This document shows, in pieces, positions 11,560-25,049 of a stretch of DNA of 64,000 bases. The stretch spans positions 84,878,001 to 84,942,000 of the forward strand of contig CM059425.1 in assembly GCA_030390025.1 (NCBI GenBank), given 5' to 3'. Position 1 is the first letter of the stretch; each line of letters opens with the position of its first letter. Source of the stretch: Squalus acanthias. Its lineage: Eukaryota. Under the pieces are notes generated by a model. It was not told where the DNA came from, searched no databases, and was given only the letters and a program-made list of their open reading frames with translations. The position numbers and the translations under genes are program-made.

Positions 11560-12603
11560 AGCACACAATTTTGGGCCTAATTGCTAATTACCATAATTTG
11601 AGCTTGCCTGGAGGTGTTAAAACAGACACCTGCAGGTTTAGCACTCAAGCACTGATTAGACATAATTTTCGTGGAACAGTGTATGTGGGCACCACACACC
11701 CACTTCCACTGAAGGTGTAGGGTGTGCTGGCTGACACACAGCGGCAGGTTTCAGGGTGGCTCAAGGACCGAGTGAGAGGGTGGAGGAGGTCCAGAGGAGG
11801 AGGGAGTCCACCTCACCCTCCTGTCCCACCTGTCCCTCTCTCCAGCAGCAGCTGGTGCTGCTCTGCCTGGCCTCATCTCCTCCTCCCATTCCTCCTGCAG
11901 ATAAGGAGGACTCCTAGCAAGATGCCCATGACCAAGCACTCCCTTTCTCCTGGTGACTCTAACAAGGTGGAGTAGCACAGCACTCACTCTTTTTAGGTGA
12001 AATCCTCAGAGAATTTCCCCAAAAAAGTTGCTAAGCGTGTTGGTGAAATCTTGACAAAGTGTCCCAATGAGTTTCAAAAGTCCTCTTCAAACCTCCAGCC
12101 ACAAGCGAACAGTGATATACCTTTAAGTAGCACTCGCAATCCTCTGCAACGACTTCTTTACTCACAATCAGCTGGTTGCCATTAGGAGCAGGGGTCCCAC
12201 TACACTGTGCTGCAGTCTGGAGGTCCCACATCGGCCTTTCGCCGGCTTTTACACTGAAGAAACCGCGCATGCGTGAAAATGTGAATGGGCCGCGCAGCCA
12301 GTTAAAGGGACCACGCACCTAAAATAAAAATTAGAGGGAACATTGGTTGGGAGAGGACGCTCGGTCAAGCGTTATCCACCAAAGTGCCGCGCAGCCTCAT
12401 TAATGAGTGCTAGCAGGCAATTTAAGTGACAATCAGCCCCTTAACGACCCTCTGGGCGGCTGTTCCTAGCGCAAGCTTCAACTCCTTTACCAAGATGGCG
12501 TCTTGCGCTAAGCATGGGCTCAACCGGCGTTTCAGCTCAAGGCCCCATCTTGGCCACTTCGAAGGCTCTTTAGCATCTGAACGAGCCATCGAAAATCGCC
12601 CCC
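11560..12603 (-). mobile_element. Degenerate Harbinger-type remnant(s), possibly with a hAT-like end near 12345
   Basis: Minus ORF 11751-11987 (QEEWEEEMRPGRAAPAAAGERDR) resembles low-complexity transposase N-termini. Right end GAAAATCGCCCCC. TTAGAGGGAACATTG at about 12331-12345 resembles a hAT TIR. Confidence 0.4.
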
Positions 12604-14036
12604 CAACGGGAGCAGGCATTTCCCTAACTGCTCGCATCTCTTGTTACCAGGGTGATCACTGTTTCAGATCCAAGTGCTGTGAGGGTAAATCTGTGAGGGA
12701 CCTGAAAGAGATACGATGCTTGGATTATGAGAGAATGAGGGAACTGATGAAGTACAGATCGGCACGTTCAAGTACAGATCGGCAAGGTTTGGAAGAAGTT
12801 ATCTAACAATGAATGTTGTCAGATTTTCTTCTCTCAAGGGAGAAGAGATGTATGGATTAAACTGCCACTACTTAAGTTGGATGGATTTTTGCTGAAGGAA
12901 GATATAGGTGAATACAAGCAGTGAATACAAAATAGTTAGGCACATTTTAGATTGCAGTTTGACTCTGCCAGCAATCCATCAGGCTGAATTACAGAGGAAC
13001 AGGTTGAATGGACTTTTTCTATCGTACGGATAAATTATTATACCCTTGGGCAAAATTGCATCCAGTGTCGACAACATTATGCAAAAAAGATCCATTTATA
13101 TCGTACCTTATCAAATCTCTTGGAAATGTCTCAAGATGCTTCACACACAATGGAATACTGTGAAATGCAGCAGCTCTTATTACGTAAAAAATGTGGTGTC
13201 CGTTTTGTGCACAGCAAGACTCCCCAAACAACAAGATGAATGAATTGACGAGTTAATCTATTTCTGGTGGGAAAGCATTGTTGGCAAGGAGGATAGCCCC
13301 TGGACATCGGCTCCTGAAGTAAGTAGAAGCCTATAGTCAAAAGTGCAGTCTTTATTTTGTTATCTGTTGACATCATAGGCAGTGCTACAGTGTAGAATAG
13401 GATGCTAGCTTGGCAGACCAGTAGAACACAAGCCTACAGAAATTTTACTACAGAAGGTACAAGCAAGAGCTGCTAAGTTCATACTTAGAACCCTGTGTTT
13501 AGTTATGGGCACCACACCAAAAGAAAGGTATCTGTTTGAATGGAGGGTCCTCTCCTCTTCCAGTGAATAATAAAAATTGGCAGATAACCTATTTTTTAGT
13601 CTTATATGTATGATACAGCAATACACTAGGCATAGGAATGAAGACAAATTCAATACAAATAGTGTACGTAGACTTTATTCTTTTAGAAGATTGTTGTTAG
13701 TGTACTGTGTATTGAGGCAACATCTCATCCAAAGCTTTGGTCCACAGAAACCCTGGTCAGTTATCAGGAAGACAGATAATTGTAGTGCGGATAATCTACT
13801 CTGCTCTACTTACATTAGAAAGGACACAGAAACACCAATATGAAAGATCCAAAGTGTAATGATTATGATTTGTGGGCAAAGATTAGAAAAGTTTAAACTT
13901 TACAACCGATAAAGAAAGCAGTTAAGGGGGACCTTATTGGAGAATATAATATAGCACATGGCACAGTTAAAGTAAACTGAAGTTATTGTTTCAAAGTAAG
14001 CTAGGAAGGTAGATCATAATACTGATGGAAAAAATG

Positions 14037-14435
14037 TTTTAATTCGTTTATGGGATGTGAGCGTCACTGGCAAGGCCAGCATTTATTGCCCATCCCTAAT
14101 TGCCCTTGAGAAGGTGGCGGTGAACCGCCTTCTTGAACCGCTGCAGTCCGTGTGGTGAAGGTACTCCCACAGTGCTGTTAGGGAGGGAGTTCCAGGATTT
14201 TGACCCAGTGACGATGAAGGATCGCCGATATACTTCTAAGTCAGGATGGTGTGTGACTTGAAGGGGAACTTGGAGGTGGTGGTGTTCCCATGCGCCTGCT
14301 GCCCTTGTCCTTCTAGATGGAAGAGGTCGCGGGTTTGGGAGGTGCTGCCGAAGAAGCCTTGGCAAGTTTGCTGCAGTGCATCTTGTAGATGGTACACACT
14401 GCAGCCACGGTACACCGGTGGTGGAGGGAGTGGAA
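14037..14435 (-). mobile_element. 3' end of a second CR1-group LINE family, inserted in an old CR1
   Basis: Minus ORF ends ...SFIVTGSKSWNSLPNSTV...LQRFKKAVHRHLLKGN*, then TAGGGATGGGCAATAAATGCTGGCCTTG. Degenerate CR1 sequence flanks both sides (about 13840-14030, 14440-14615). Confidence 0.8.
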
Positions 14436-14969
14436 GATAAATTTGACGTACATCAGGTTAAAGTGATATCGTTTTGGAATGAACTTCAAGTAAAGGCAGA
14501 AATATTGGGGTTGTTCAAAATGATGTGGGATGCTGTAGCAGGAGAGTTAGGGCACTACAGGATTCCGCTTCAATGGGCTGAATGACCTTTTTCAACCCTG
14601 GCTTTTCTTATGTTATTACACCGAAGAGCATTGTCAAGCAGAGACTATTGCCTGTTTACTAACAACAAGGTTTGAATGTTACGAGCTGGTTAGAAGGCAC
14701 TAAATGTTTTAATTTCCACTTCCTGATTTCAGTGAAGGCATCTGGGGTAGGCCTAAAGCATAAATTGAATGATGAGAGGGGCAGGGAGAGGGGCAATGTA
14801 TGTTCTGGCACACTCTGTTCTGAAAACTCAGTTAAATGTTGTCACAAAATTTCATGAGACACTCGAGCCTATTTAACTCGAGTTACCTGGGCTTGTGAAC
14901 TTGGTCCTGGTCTCAGTGGTATCATCAGGAAATAAAACAGTCATGAACTTTCTCCTAGGAAAGTAATGA

Positions 14970-15375
14970 TTGGCTCCTTTGGAAGCACTCCTGCCTCTGG
15001 TCAGAAGCTGGTGAGCCCCACACCACTGGCACCATTATGACAAGCTCATAATTTAAAGTGGCACTTCAGTGCAGCATAAGGGAGCGCTGCATTGTTGGAG
15101 CTGCCATCCTTCAATGAGACATTAAACTAAGGTCCTGCTTGTTCAGCTGCATGTACAAAAATGACACGGCATCATTTGGAGAAGAGCAAGGAGTTCTCCT
15201 GGTGTCCTGGCCAATATTCCTTTCTCAGATATCATCAACAGATAATCTCATTGCTGTTTATTGCTGTTACTACACACAATGGTTGCTTTTAAATAAAAAT
15301 TTAGAACCAAAGCAGAAAAGTTTCTTTTTAAAAAAAAAGTTTCCTACATTACAGCAGTGACTACACCTCAAAAGT
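14970..15375 (+). mobile_element. Degenerate Deu-domain SINE
   Basis: GCACTCCTGCCTCTGGTCAGAAG...GGAGCGCTGCATTGTTGGAGCTGCCATCCTTCAATGAGACATTAAAC is collinear with 9268-9728. Confidence 0.7.
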
Positions 15376-15409
15376 ACTGTCAGTGTAAAAACTGAGAGTC
15401 ACTGGTGGT

Positions 15410-15697
15410 TTGGCTGTAGCCAGTCTTTCTTTCTTTATGTAGGCCAGACCAGGTAAGGACAGAAGATTTCCTTCCCTAAAGGGCATTGGCAAACCAGATG
15501 GGTTTTTACAACATCCGGTAGTTTCATGGTCACCATTACTGATACTAGATTTTTTTAAATTCCAGATTTTATTTAATTAAATTAATTTAAATTTCCCCGG
15601 CTTCTATGGTGGGATTTGAACTCACTCAGTCTCTGGATCATTAGTCCAGGCCTCTGGATTACTAGTCCAGTAACATAACCGCTATGCTACTGTACCC
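15410..15697 (-). mobile_element. tRNA-derived SINE (same family as 37645-38097)
   Basis: Minus head GGGTACAGTAGCATAGCGGTTATGTTACTGGACTAGTAATCCAGAGG...GAGTTCAAATCCCACC. Confidence 0.75.
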
Positions 15698-16274
15698 ATT
15701 CAGTGTGCTCTCAGGTGAGCTCCTGTAGCCTGTTACAGAGCAGCACTGATAGAGGCATGGAGCGAGTCAGTTGGTCACACACTCAGAGGCAGTGCATCGT
15801 GGTAGGGGGGATTTAAATACAAGGAGCAGAGAAAACACAAAATAACTTAGCTGAGGATGAGCTAATAACGTAAGAACATAAAAACCGAAGACAAGACAGT
15901 GCCAATCCATACGAGTTGTTAATAAATGACAGAAATAAACAATAAAAACGATTTCATTCAAGGCAAAATTCTCCATTTAAAATTTTGCCCAAGGGCAATT
16001 TGATTGCTTTTGTGAACCAAGATATTGAAATGACAGTGCGACAGGCGATTTGAGATTAATGGCAGGAGATGGTTTTGGGGCTTTACTGTAGGAGTTGAAA
16101 TGCCGAGTTGATGATCAGTTGTTGGGTGCTGGTGTTGCAACACACAGATCTCAGCAGTTCAGCCTAGATCAACAGGAGCTGTGAGCCGGATACCTTGACA
16201 GAGTGGCAGATTGGCCGGCAGGAAAGCAGGTTGGCGAGTGGATGAGAGTGTGAGGTCTATTTCTCAAAGTCAGC

Positions 16275-16637
16275 ATAAGAACATAAGACGTAGGAGCAGG
16301 AGTAGGTCATTTGGCCCCTCGAGCCTGCTCCGCCATTCAATAAGATCATGGCTGATCTGATCTTGGCCTCAACTCCACTTCCCTGCCCGCTCCCCTTAAC
16401 CCTTGGCTCCCTTACCTTTCAAAAATCTGTCTTTCTCCACCTTAAATATATTCAATGACCCAGCCTCCACAGCTCTCTGGGGAAGAGAATTCCAAAGATT
16501 CACGACCCTCTGAGAGAAGAAATTTCTCCTCATTTCCGATTTAAAAGGGTGCCCCCTTATTCTGAAATTATGCCCCCTAGTTCTAGATTCCCCCACGAGG
16601 GGAAACATCCTCTCTGCATCTACCCTGTCGAGCCCCA
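16275..16637 (-). mobile_element. CR1 3' fragment
   Basis: ORF 16396-16644 (RNFFSQRVVNLWNSLP) and CTTATGTTCTTATG tail. Confidence 0.93.
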
Positions 16638-17264
16638 GCAGCAACAGGAGAGAGTAGGGTAAGTAAGTGGGCCATTGGACACTGGCGCTGGGGCAGGAGA
16701 TTGGGGTGGGGTGGGGGGCGCTATAGATGAGACAGGCAAAGAGGAGGTAACTGGTGGAATTAGTCCAGGAGAGCTGGAAGTGGCAAAATATTTACAAAAG
16801 TTCAAAAATAACTTTTACACTTTGAGACTTACCTTCTTTACTTGCTGGATAAGACAACAGAGGCTCACAAACTTAGGCTGTTCCACAGTGGCACTCTGTG
16901 GCCAGAGCCTGCAACTGCATGCAGACGCGACCATTAACTTTTAATTGTACAATGGAGTTGCTGGTGTTTTAGCAGCTAATGTTACGTGACATTTAACATT
17001 GAAAAAAACTATCACAGCATCACCTACAAGTGCAGCAGGTCGTGCAGTTAAATGTCAACACTTTTAGAATTGATTTTGCCATGGACAGAGCCTGACGTAA
17101 GAGTCTTCAATGCATTTTGAAATGGAATTCTGTGATCCACTCAGCCATTTTAAAATGTATACTTTTTACAATGATTATTGAGAGAATTCTGCGCTGTTTG
17201 AGAGCCTGGTCTCTAAAGTTCTTCATCTGTCTAATTGAGAGGCATTTGCATTTCTGAGTTTTAC

Positions 17265-17600
17265 CCTTTCCTTCGTCCCCTCCCCACTTGTCCTGATGAT
17301 GGGGTATGGTTCCACAAGTACCTGTAGCACTCTGGCACCTCTCTGGCTTGTTATATTAGCCAAGTGAATATTGACCCGTGGAAAGCATCACAGCCAACTT
17401 GATCCGATTCTCACCTCATGTTCACATGCACACTTTCCAGCAGAGAGCACTGGATCTTGATCAAGAGTAAGAATTCGGGTTGATGTTTCACCCCACTCCG
17501 TAGTCCAGGAGCACTGAAGCCAATTGAAGTAGCAGGTACCCTCCATCACTACCCCATCTAAAATCAGCTTATTCAGCACAGTCTAGGGATAAAACCTAGT
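17265..17600 (-). mobile_element. AmnSINE2-like ancient SINE
   Basis: Minus motifs CTGTGCTGAATAAGCTGAT, CAATTGGCTTCAGTGCTCCTGG, CTGCTGGAAAGTGTGCATGTG, GGCTGTGATGCTTTCCACGGGTC, GTGGAACCATACCCCA. Confidence 0.6.
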
Positions 17601-18164
17601 TTTATAACGATTCCTTTTTGTAAACGGGAATCTCTCTTTTCCCCTCTCTTCCCAGCTCAGTCATTTAAGTTTATTTAAAATCAGCCATGCCAACATCAGA
17701 ATGGTGTATCTAAATTCAAAACAGTGCAAGTTCTGATTTCTCTTCCACTCATTGCCCATAAATTAGATCTGGTCCAATTCCTATTTATTTTAGGGTCAGT
17801 ACTCATCCTTAGCACAAACTACTGTGACACGTTGGTCAAATGGGTGTAACTTCTGACAGAGGAAGGTTTGCCTATGTGTGCACAAAAGCCACCATTTTGA
17901 AAAATCAAAGGTCTGTAGTGAAACACTTTAGGTAGCAGCAATTCAAGGAAATAAGTAGTTTACTTGACAGGTTAAACTTACTGGCTGTGCAAACACAGTG
18001 AAGTAGGTAGAATTTTTCTGGAGAGTAATGTCTTCCTATTCCCAGTTAAGATTGGGACAAACTGAAGGAAATGATTCCACTGGCGGAATCAGTGTTAGTT
18101 AATTTAGACATAGTGGTTCAACAATCAATATTTGTTGATGAGAGAAAACAAGACGATTGGTTCC

Positions 18165-18582
18165 TTTTTATTTACCTGTTCCCAGCTTCTCTTTTTCAGG
18201 CACTTACTGATGCTTACAGGCACCTGCCACCTTCCAGTACTTGGACATTTTCTTGTGTGAACCTAGTCAATGAGTGGCAATAAACTATTTAACTGTGCGG
18301 GGTGGGGGTGGGGGGGGTGACATGGGGGATTACAATTCTCAATTGTGTCCTCACATAATGCCCGCTCGTCCACTTTCCAGGAGGGGCAGCTGGGTAATAA
18401 ACAGGAGCAAGAGCTCTGGCTATCGTTCCTGCCAAAGGCACCGAGCCAACTGTGGCAGCCCATTGCTATGCTAGCTAAAATCCGCAAACTCAGCACAAAG
18501 TGGAGACTGAGACCTGGGACCTCCCCAATCTATACGACTCAGTTCAACACTAGATAGTGCACTTTTCAAGTGAGCCATTGGG
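18165..18582 (-). mobile_element. AmnSINE2-like ancient SINE
   Basis: Minus head CCCAATGGCTCAC...GGAGGTCCCAGGTC...TGTGCTGAGTT, then CTGGAAAGTG and CACTCATTGACTAGGTTCACACAAGAAAATG. Confidence 0.6.
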
Positions 18583-19374
18583 CAATTAACAAGAATATTT
18601 TGTAAGAGAAAATTAAAAACATGCAATTTTCATTTGGGTAAATGTTAGAGAAATAAAAGCATTAGTGTGATAGAATGTAAGCTCACATCTCTGATCCCCC
18701 CAAGCTCTGAGTTACTGATCAGCTTCAGGGACAAGGACAGACGGGGATTGTCAGCCGCAAGGGCTGTGCATTAATAACCTGGCTCAATGATCAAGCTGAG
18801 GGAATGTGAATTTGATGTGAATGCACCATCAACTCATATGATTTTCAAGTATCGTACTGTGTCTAAAATCAGCATGGGAAGAGTTTCATTGTACAATGAT
18901 CCTGCTGCATGAGACTCCATCTGTAAATGTAGAACCTAAACTAACATGTATTTTACATTCAGCTACAGTAGCTTTGTTGAGGCTCACAAAAATAGCTTGT
19001 CTGAGCCTCCCCAGAATATTCCTTGAAGGTTTCATTGTACACAAAGCAGCATAACAACTGCTACAGCAGCATATTCTTGACAGAGTTGATAATTATGTAC
19101 ACTTGGAGCAGTGGCAAAAAGATTACTTAAATCTAACACGTCTTTCAGGTATGATTTGTATTTTCACTCTGCCAGTAGCAACAGGCCCCAGGAGATTTTT
19201 GGGGGGCAGTTTAATTGGTGAGCAGAGAGTTGTTCCCCTTTGCACAGCTCTCCCATTAATCAACGGAGCCAAAGCACATTCCTGTAACATCAGAAGAAAT
19301 AGGCTTTGGGTTGATTAGTGCCACTGAACTGCATTAATGTGTTTGTGTACATTAAGAATAAGATTTCATTAACA

Positions 19375-21208
19375 ACTGATTGCAATTATATAGTGCCTTT
19401 AACATGGAAAATGTCCCAAGGAGCCTCACAGGAGATCAAGGGCAACAACCACGAACTGGGAGAAACGTTAAGGGAGGTGAATGAGGTCCAGGTTTTGAGG
19501 AGCCTTTTGATGGAGTTTAGGGAGAAAATTCTAGAGCGCTGGAGTGTGATGGCGAAAGGCTCTGCCAGCAATGGTGACGGGGGAGGGACATACAGTCGAC
19601 CACAGTGCAAGAATACAGCTGTCATATATAGCTGGAGGTGATTGCGGAGGTAGGTGGAGCTTGGTCTCAGAGGATACAAAAATGAGGATAAGAATTTTAA
19701 AGTCGATGAGCTGGGAAATGAGGAGCCAATGGCAATTGATGAAGGAAGAGACGATAGATGAGTGGCATCCAGTGCAGGATAGGAGGGAGGGAGTGGAGTT
19801 CTGGATGAATTGGAATTTATGTCAGCGGAATCTAGAGGGGTCAGCTAAAAGACCATTAGAAAAATCATGCCTTAAAGTGACAAAGGTGTTGGCTGAAGGG
19901 CTCACTAGAGGCAGGCCATTTAGATGATAAGGAGATGACAACAACTTGCATTTATATAAAATCTTTAATGTATAAAAACGTCCCAAGGTGCTTCATAGAG
20001 GCATAATCAGATAAAATGGATGCCAATACAAAGAAAGAGGTATTAGGAGGGGCAATCAAAAGCTTGATCAAAGAGGTGGCTTTTAAGGAGGGCCTCAAAG
20101 GTGGAGAGGTGGAGAGAATTAGGGAGGAAATTCCAGAGCATGGGGCTTATGGCTGAAGACATAGCTGCTAATGATGGGACGAACGGAGAGGAGAATACAC
20201 AAAAGGCCAGTGTAGGAGGAACGGAGTGTTCTGTTGGGAGCAGGGGTGCGACGGGGGTGGATGTAGGGTTGGAGACAGTTACAGGGATAGAGAGGTGCAA
20301 GGCGTCACAAGATGCTTCACAAGAACGTTATCAAACACATTTTGACACCGAACCACAAGAGGAGATATTAAGACAGGTGGTCACAGAGGTAGGTTTTAAG
20401 GAGTGTGTTAAAGGAGAGAGAGCTAGAGAGGCGGAGAGGTCGAGGGAGGGAATTACAGAACTTAGGGCCTAGGCAGATGAAGGCACGGCCGCCAATGGTG
20501 GAGCGATTAAAATCATTGATGCACACACAGCCAGAATTGGAGGGTCACAGAGATCTCGGAGGGTTGTAGGGTTGGAGGAGGTTACATGGATAGGGAGGGG
20601 TGAAACTGGAGGGATTTGAAAACAAGGATGAGAATTTTAAAATCGAGGTGTTGCTGGACTGGGAGCTAATGTAGGTCAGTGCGCACGGGGGTGATGGATG
20701 AACGAGATTTGGTGCGAGTTAGCGTACGGCAGCAGAGTTTTGGATGAGTTCAAGTGGAGGGTGGAAAATGGAAGGCCGGCCGGGAAAACATTGGAATAGT
20801 CAAGTCTAGAGCTGGGTGTGGTCAGGAAGCTGACCCCATGTCTGCGGATGATGTCGCCAAATGGCAGCATGTAGATGAGGAAGAGGATGGGGTTAAGGAC
20901 AGATTCTCGGGGAACTCCGGAGGCAACAGTGCATGGATGAGAACAGAAGCCATTGCTGGAGATACTCCAGCTACAATTGGATAGGTATGAGTGGAACCCA
21001 GTAAGGGCAGTCTCACTGAGCTGGAGAAAGGAAGAGAGGTGTGGAATAGGATGGTGTGTTCAACCGTGTCAAAGGCTGCAGAGACATCTAGAATGAGGAG
21101 GGAAAGTGCAAAACGGTCATAATCACGGATAATGTTATTTGTGACTTTGGTTAGATCCATTTCAGTCTTGTGACAGGAATGGAAACCTGATTGGAGAGAT
21201 TCAAACAT
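19375..21208 (-). mobile_element. Cluster of two or three L2-type LINE fragments
   Basis: ORF 20822-21208 FESLQSGFHSCHKTE...LLILDVSAAFDTVEHTIL (L2 RT); SRLDYSN motif; L2 C-terminus LWNFLP...LLKSHLFDQAF; tail at about 19938. Confidence 0.85.
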
Positions 21209-21209
21209 G

Positions 21210-22681
21210 GAGTTGCACGAGGGAAAAACCTACTTAACCTCGTCCTTACCAATCTACCTATCGCAGATGCATCTGTCTATGACAGTATTGGTAGGAGTGA
21301 CCACTGCACAGTCCTTGTGGAGACAAAGTCCCATCTTCACACTGAGGACACCCTCCATCTTGTGTGGCACTACCACCGTGCTAAATGGGATAGATTCAGA
21401 ACAGATCTAGCAGCTCAAAACTGGGCATCCATGAGGCGCTGTGGGCCATTAGCAGCAGCAGAATTGTATTCCACCACAATCTGTAACATCATGGCCCGGC
21501 ATATCCCTCACTCTACCATTACTATCAAATCAGGGAACCAACCCTGGTTCAATGAGGAGTGTAGAAGAGCACCTAAAAATGAGGTGCCAACCTGGTGAAG
21601 CTACAAAACAGGACAACATGCAAGCTAAACAACGGAAACAGCATGCTATACACAGAGCTAAGAGATCCCACAATCAATGGATCAGATCAAAGTTCTGCAG
21701 TCCTGCCACATTGAACCGTGAATGGTGATGGACAATTAAACAACTAACGGAAGGAGGAGGCTCCATGAACATCCCCATCCTCAATGATGGCGGAGCCCAG
21801 CACATGAGTGCAAAAGACAAGGCTGAAGCGTTTTCAAGCATCTTCAGCCAGAAGTGCCGATTGGATGCTCAATCTCGGCCTCCTTCTGAGGTCCCCACCA
21901 TCACAGAAGCCAGTTTTCAGCCAATTCGATTCACTTCACCTGATATCAAGAAATGGCTGAGCACACTGGATAGAGCAAAGGCTATTGGCCCCGACAATAT
22001 CCCGGCTGTAGCACTGAAGACTTGTACTCCAGAACTAGCCGCGCCTCTAGCCAAGCTGTTCCAGTACAGCTACTACATGGCATCTACCAGACAAAGTGGA
22101 AAATTGCCCAGGTATGTCCTGTCCACAAAAAGCAGGACAAATCTAATCCGACCAATTACCGTCCTATCAGTCTACTCTCAATCATCAGCAAAGTGATGGA
22201 AGGTGTCGTCGATAGTGCTATCAAGCAACATTTACTCACCAATAACCTGCTCACCAATGCTCAGTTTGGGTTCCGCCAGGACCACTCAGCTCCAGACCTC
22301 ATTACAGCCTTGGCCCAAACATGGACAAAAGAGCTGAATTCCAGAGGTGAGGTGAGAGTGACTGCCCTTGACATCAAGGCAGCATTTGACCGAGTGTGGC
22401 ATCAAGGAGCCCTAGTAAAATTGAAGTCAATGGAAATCAGGAGGAAAAACTCTCCACTGGCTGGAGTCATACCTGGCACAAAGGAAAATGGTTGTGGTTG
22501 TTGGAGGTCAATCATCACAGCCCCAGGACATCGCTGCAGGAGTTCCGCAGGGCAGTGTCCTAGGCCCAACCATCTTCAGCTGCTTCAACAATGACCTTCC
22601 CTCCAACATAAGGTCAGAAGTGGGGATGCTTGCTGATGATTGCACAGTGCTCAGTTCCATTTGCAACTCCTCAGATAACCA
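21210..22681 (+). mobile_element. CR1-group LINE ORF2 fragment (endonuclease end plus RT), frameshifted; probably the family of 14037-14435
   Basis: Motifs IGRSDH, PWFNEEC, KAIGPDNIP, NYRPISLLS, QFGFR, LDIKAAFDRVWH, GVPQGSVLGP and ADD, spread across four frames. Confidence 0.9.
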
Positions 22682-23849
22682 AAGAAAATATATTTGCTCG
22701 TTAAAGAAATCAAAGTATTGAATTATTCTAAGAACTATCCCCAGAGTGGGTGTTTGAATAACAATATAACAACAGACGTATAAAAGAATACTGCAGAAGT
22801 GAGCTGGCTCTTTTTTGCTCTACGACTAGGGAGGCTGCAGCCAGAATTAATGTTTGGACATATCAGATGGAGGTCAATGAAGATTAGCAAAATAGAATGA
22901 AAAGCGATTAAATCCGACCAAAACAATTTGGAAACAATTACCGCAGTAAAAAGAAGGGATTTCAGGAAGGGTGGTTGGGCAGTAGAAACACTGGGTACAG
23001 TTAAAGAACAACAAAGGATGCAAGACTCGAGTGGGAGTTGTTTTACGACGTTAAAGGCGCTATAAAATGCAAGTTGTTGTTGTTGTCTACAAGCCTCCTA
23101 ATAGTAGTGATGTAGTGGAGGGATATATAAATATGCTGTTTTAATCAGTGGCAGAAACTGAATGGTGCTGAGCTGCAGAAGTCGTACAAAGACGAGCACA
23201 GACTCATTGTTCTTGGCCATCGGTTTAAATCAGATTCACCTAATCAGACACTTTCTCACTGCTATGGACAGGTTTCTGACGTGGAATGCGTTGTTAAGGC
23301 TGATAGATCTGTAAAATTGGGAGGGGGTGGTGTAAATAAAACGCAACACGATGAAGTGGTTCGGAATTTAGATCGAATGCGTTGAGCATTTTGCTGGGTT
23401 GCTGATGGTAATTCGAGATGTAAAAGCGATGTTACTCATGCCCGTGATAGTTTATACAATCGGGAATCCCGAATGTGCTGTTTCGAACGCGAATCGTCAG
23501 ATATTGTAAACAGCGGCCCACACAGGGCGATTTATTTTTGGTCAGACCTGCTGTTCTGGAGGATATTTGAATATTTTAAGCATTAAGTATAGGCTTACTA
23601 TTTGAACCAGTTAATTCAAATGTAGGTTAATTTACATTGTTAATATTCTGCATTTTATAACCAAAATGTTCATGATTTTTCCTATTCCTGTGATTATACC
23701 AAGTATATTGAACACACCATTCTGTAACAGTGATGATCAAAGTAGTGTTAATCCAGCAAATTTGAAATCGTCATTCATTTTAAGGGGGGGTGCAGGTGGA
23801 GCTAATATAATAAATTTTTAAGTGTTTTTGTGAGAGTCTCAGTGGAGCA

Positions 23850-24992
23850 GCACCAAATCCCCAAGAAATTATGGTATGGAGTAAGTCAGTTACACCATAA
23901 TTTCCTGGAACTTTTTCACCATAAAACTGGCCCTACGACGTAGATGAGCCTTTACAATGGTGCAAGTCTCCAGGAAATTCTAGGCCATTGGCGCATTGAT
24001 GGCGCTCGCCATTATTAATTCCTAAAAAATCCAGCAATTTGCAGAGTAGAAGAGATATACCATGAGGTCCGATCTTCCGCACATTGTTGGACAATTTGCT
24101 CCGCTCCACCGTTAGCCTTGCCGAAGCCGATAAAAGTTTGTTCTCGCCGTGAGGTTCCCCATTGAACTGAATGCCGATCGTGAAATTGCTGGATTTGCAA
24201 CATTAATATGAATTATTCCACCGCAGCCATTTAGGGCTGGGAATCAATGTTGTAGAGGACCCTGTTAATGATGTGATTTATGGTCCTGACATGAACCTTG
24301 GAGGCCCATAAAGGGACCAATGAAGCCGTGGTGTCTCACTCCAGTAAATAGTGAATGGTTCCTAGAGGTTTTTATTCTTTTTATCTCTTCGGTAGTCTTT
24401 TTGCGCCAGTCTTGCAAAGCTGTTTCAAGACTCAGAAGAAAGTGAATGCAGTACAATGCCGTACCGAATGGGTGGTCCACTGTTCCTGATCATGGTGGAC
24501 GGGGCTGATGGTTCTATACTTCATGGGTGAAGAACGTTCGTACATGTAGCAAACCTACCCTGCCATTCACTCATTAACTTCTCAAAGGCCAGTACAGCAA
24601 TTCTCAAATACAACTGGGTTACAATGTCCTCTTCTTCTGCTTGTTCTTTTTTTTTAATTTCTTGCTTTTCCTTTCTGTCTTTTTTCTCCTCTCTCTCTCT
24701 CTTAATCCACTCTCTTTCTATCCTGCTCTTTATTCCTCTTTCTGTCTCTATATTGCATTTGACTCTAATTCACCCTATTTCCTTTTCTGTCTTTTGTTCT
24801 GTTTCTTTCTCTATCCATTTCCTTCATTGGTCAAGCCATTGGGAGCGACGTTCACAAGGTCCCAGAGGCGACATTGACATCGCTGCGCCATTATCGGATC
24901 GACATTCCAGGAAGTGTGATGTCAATGGTGGGCATAAAAGTCCAATTAATGTCATTCACCACCAAACCCTACATTGCAGCAATTTCTGGCCT
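23850..24992. mobile_element. Adjacent or nested degenerate MITE pieces (Harbinger-like ends)
   Basis: Ends AAATTCTAGGCC (about 23987) and CAATTTCTGGCC (about 24991) resemble the GGCC-TIR family. TC-rich tract at 24620-24830. Confidence 0.4.
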
Positions 24993-25049
24993 GTAATGTT
25001 TTAGAACTGACAAGGGTTACAGGTGATGAGTAACAAACCAGAATTAGTT

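Noticed and set aside
18296-18330. G-run with G-quadruplex potential (also near 16700)
   Set aside because: Low-complexity tract within or beside degenerate repeats, with no evidence of function.
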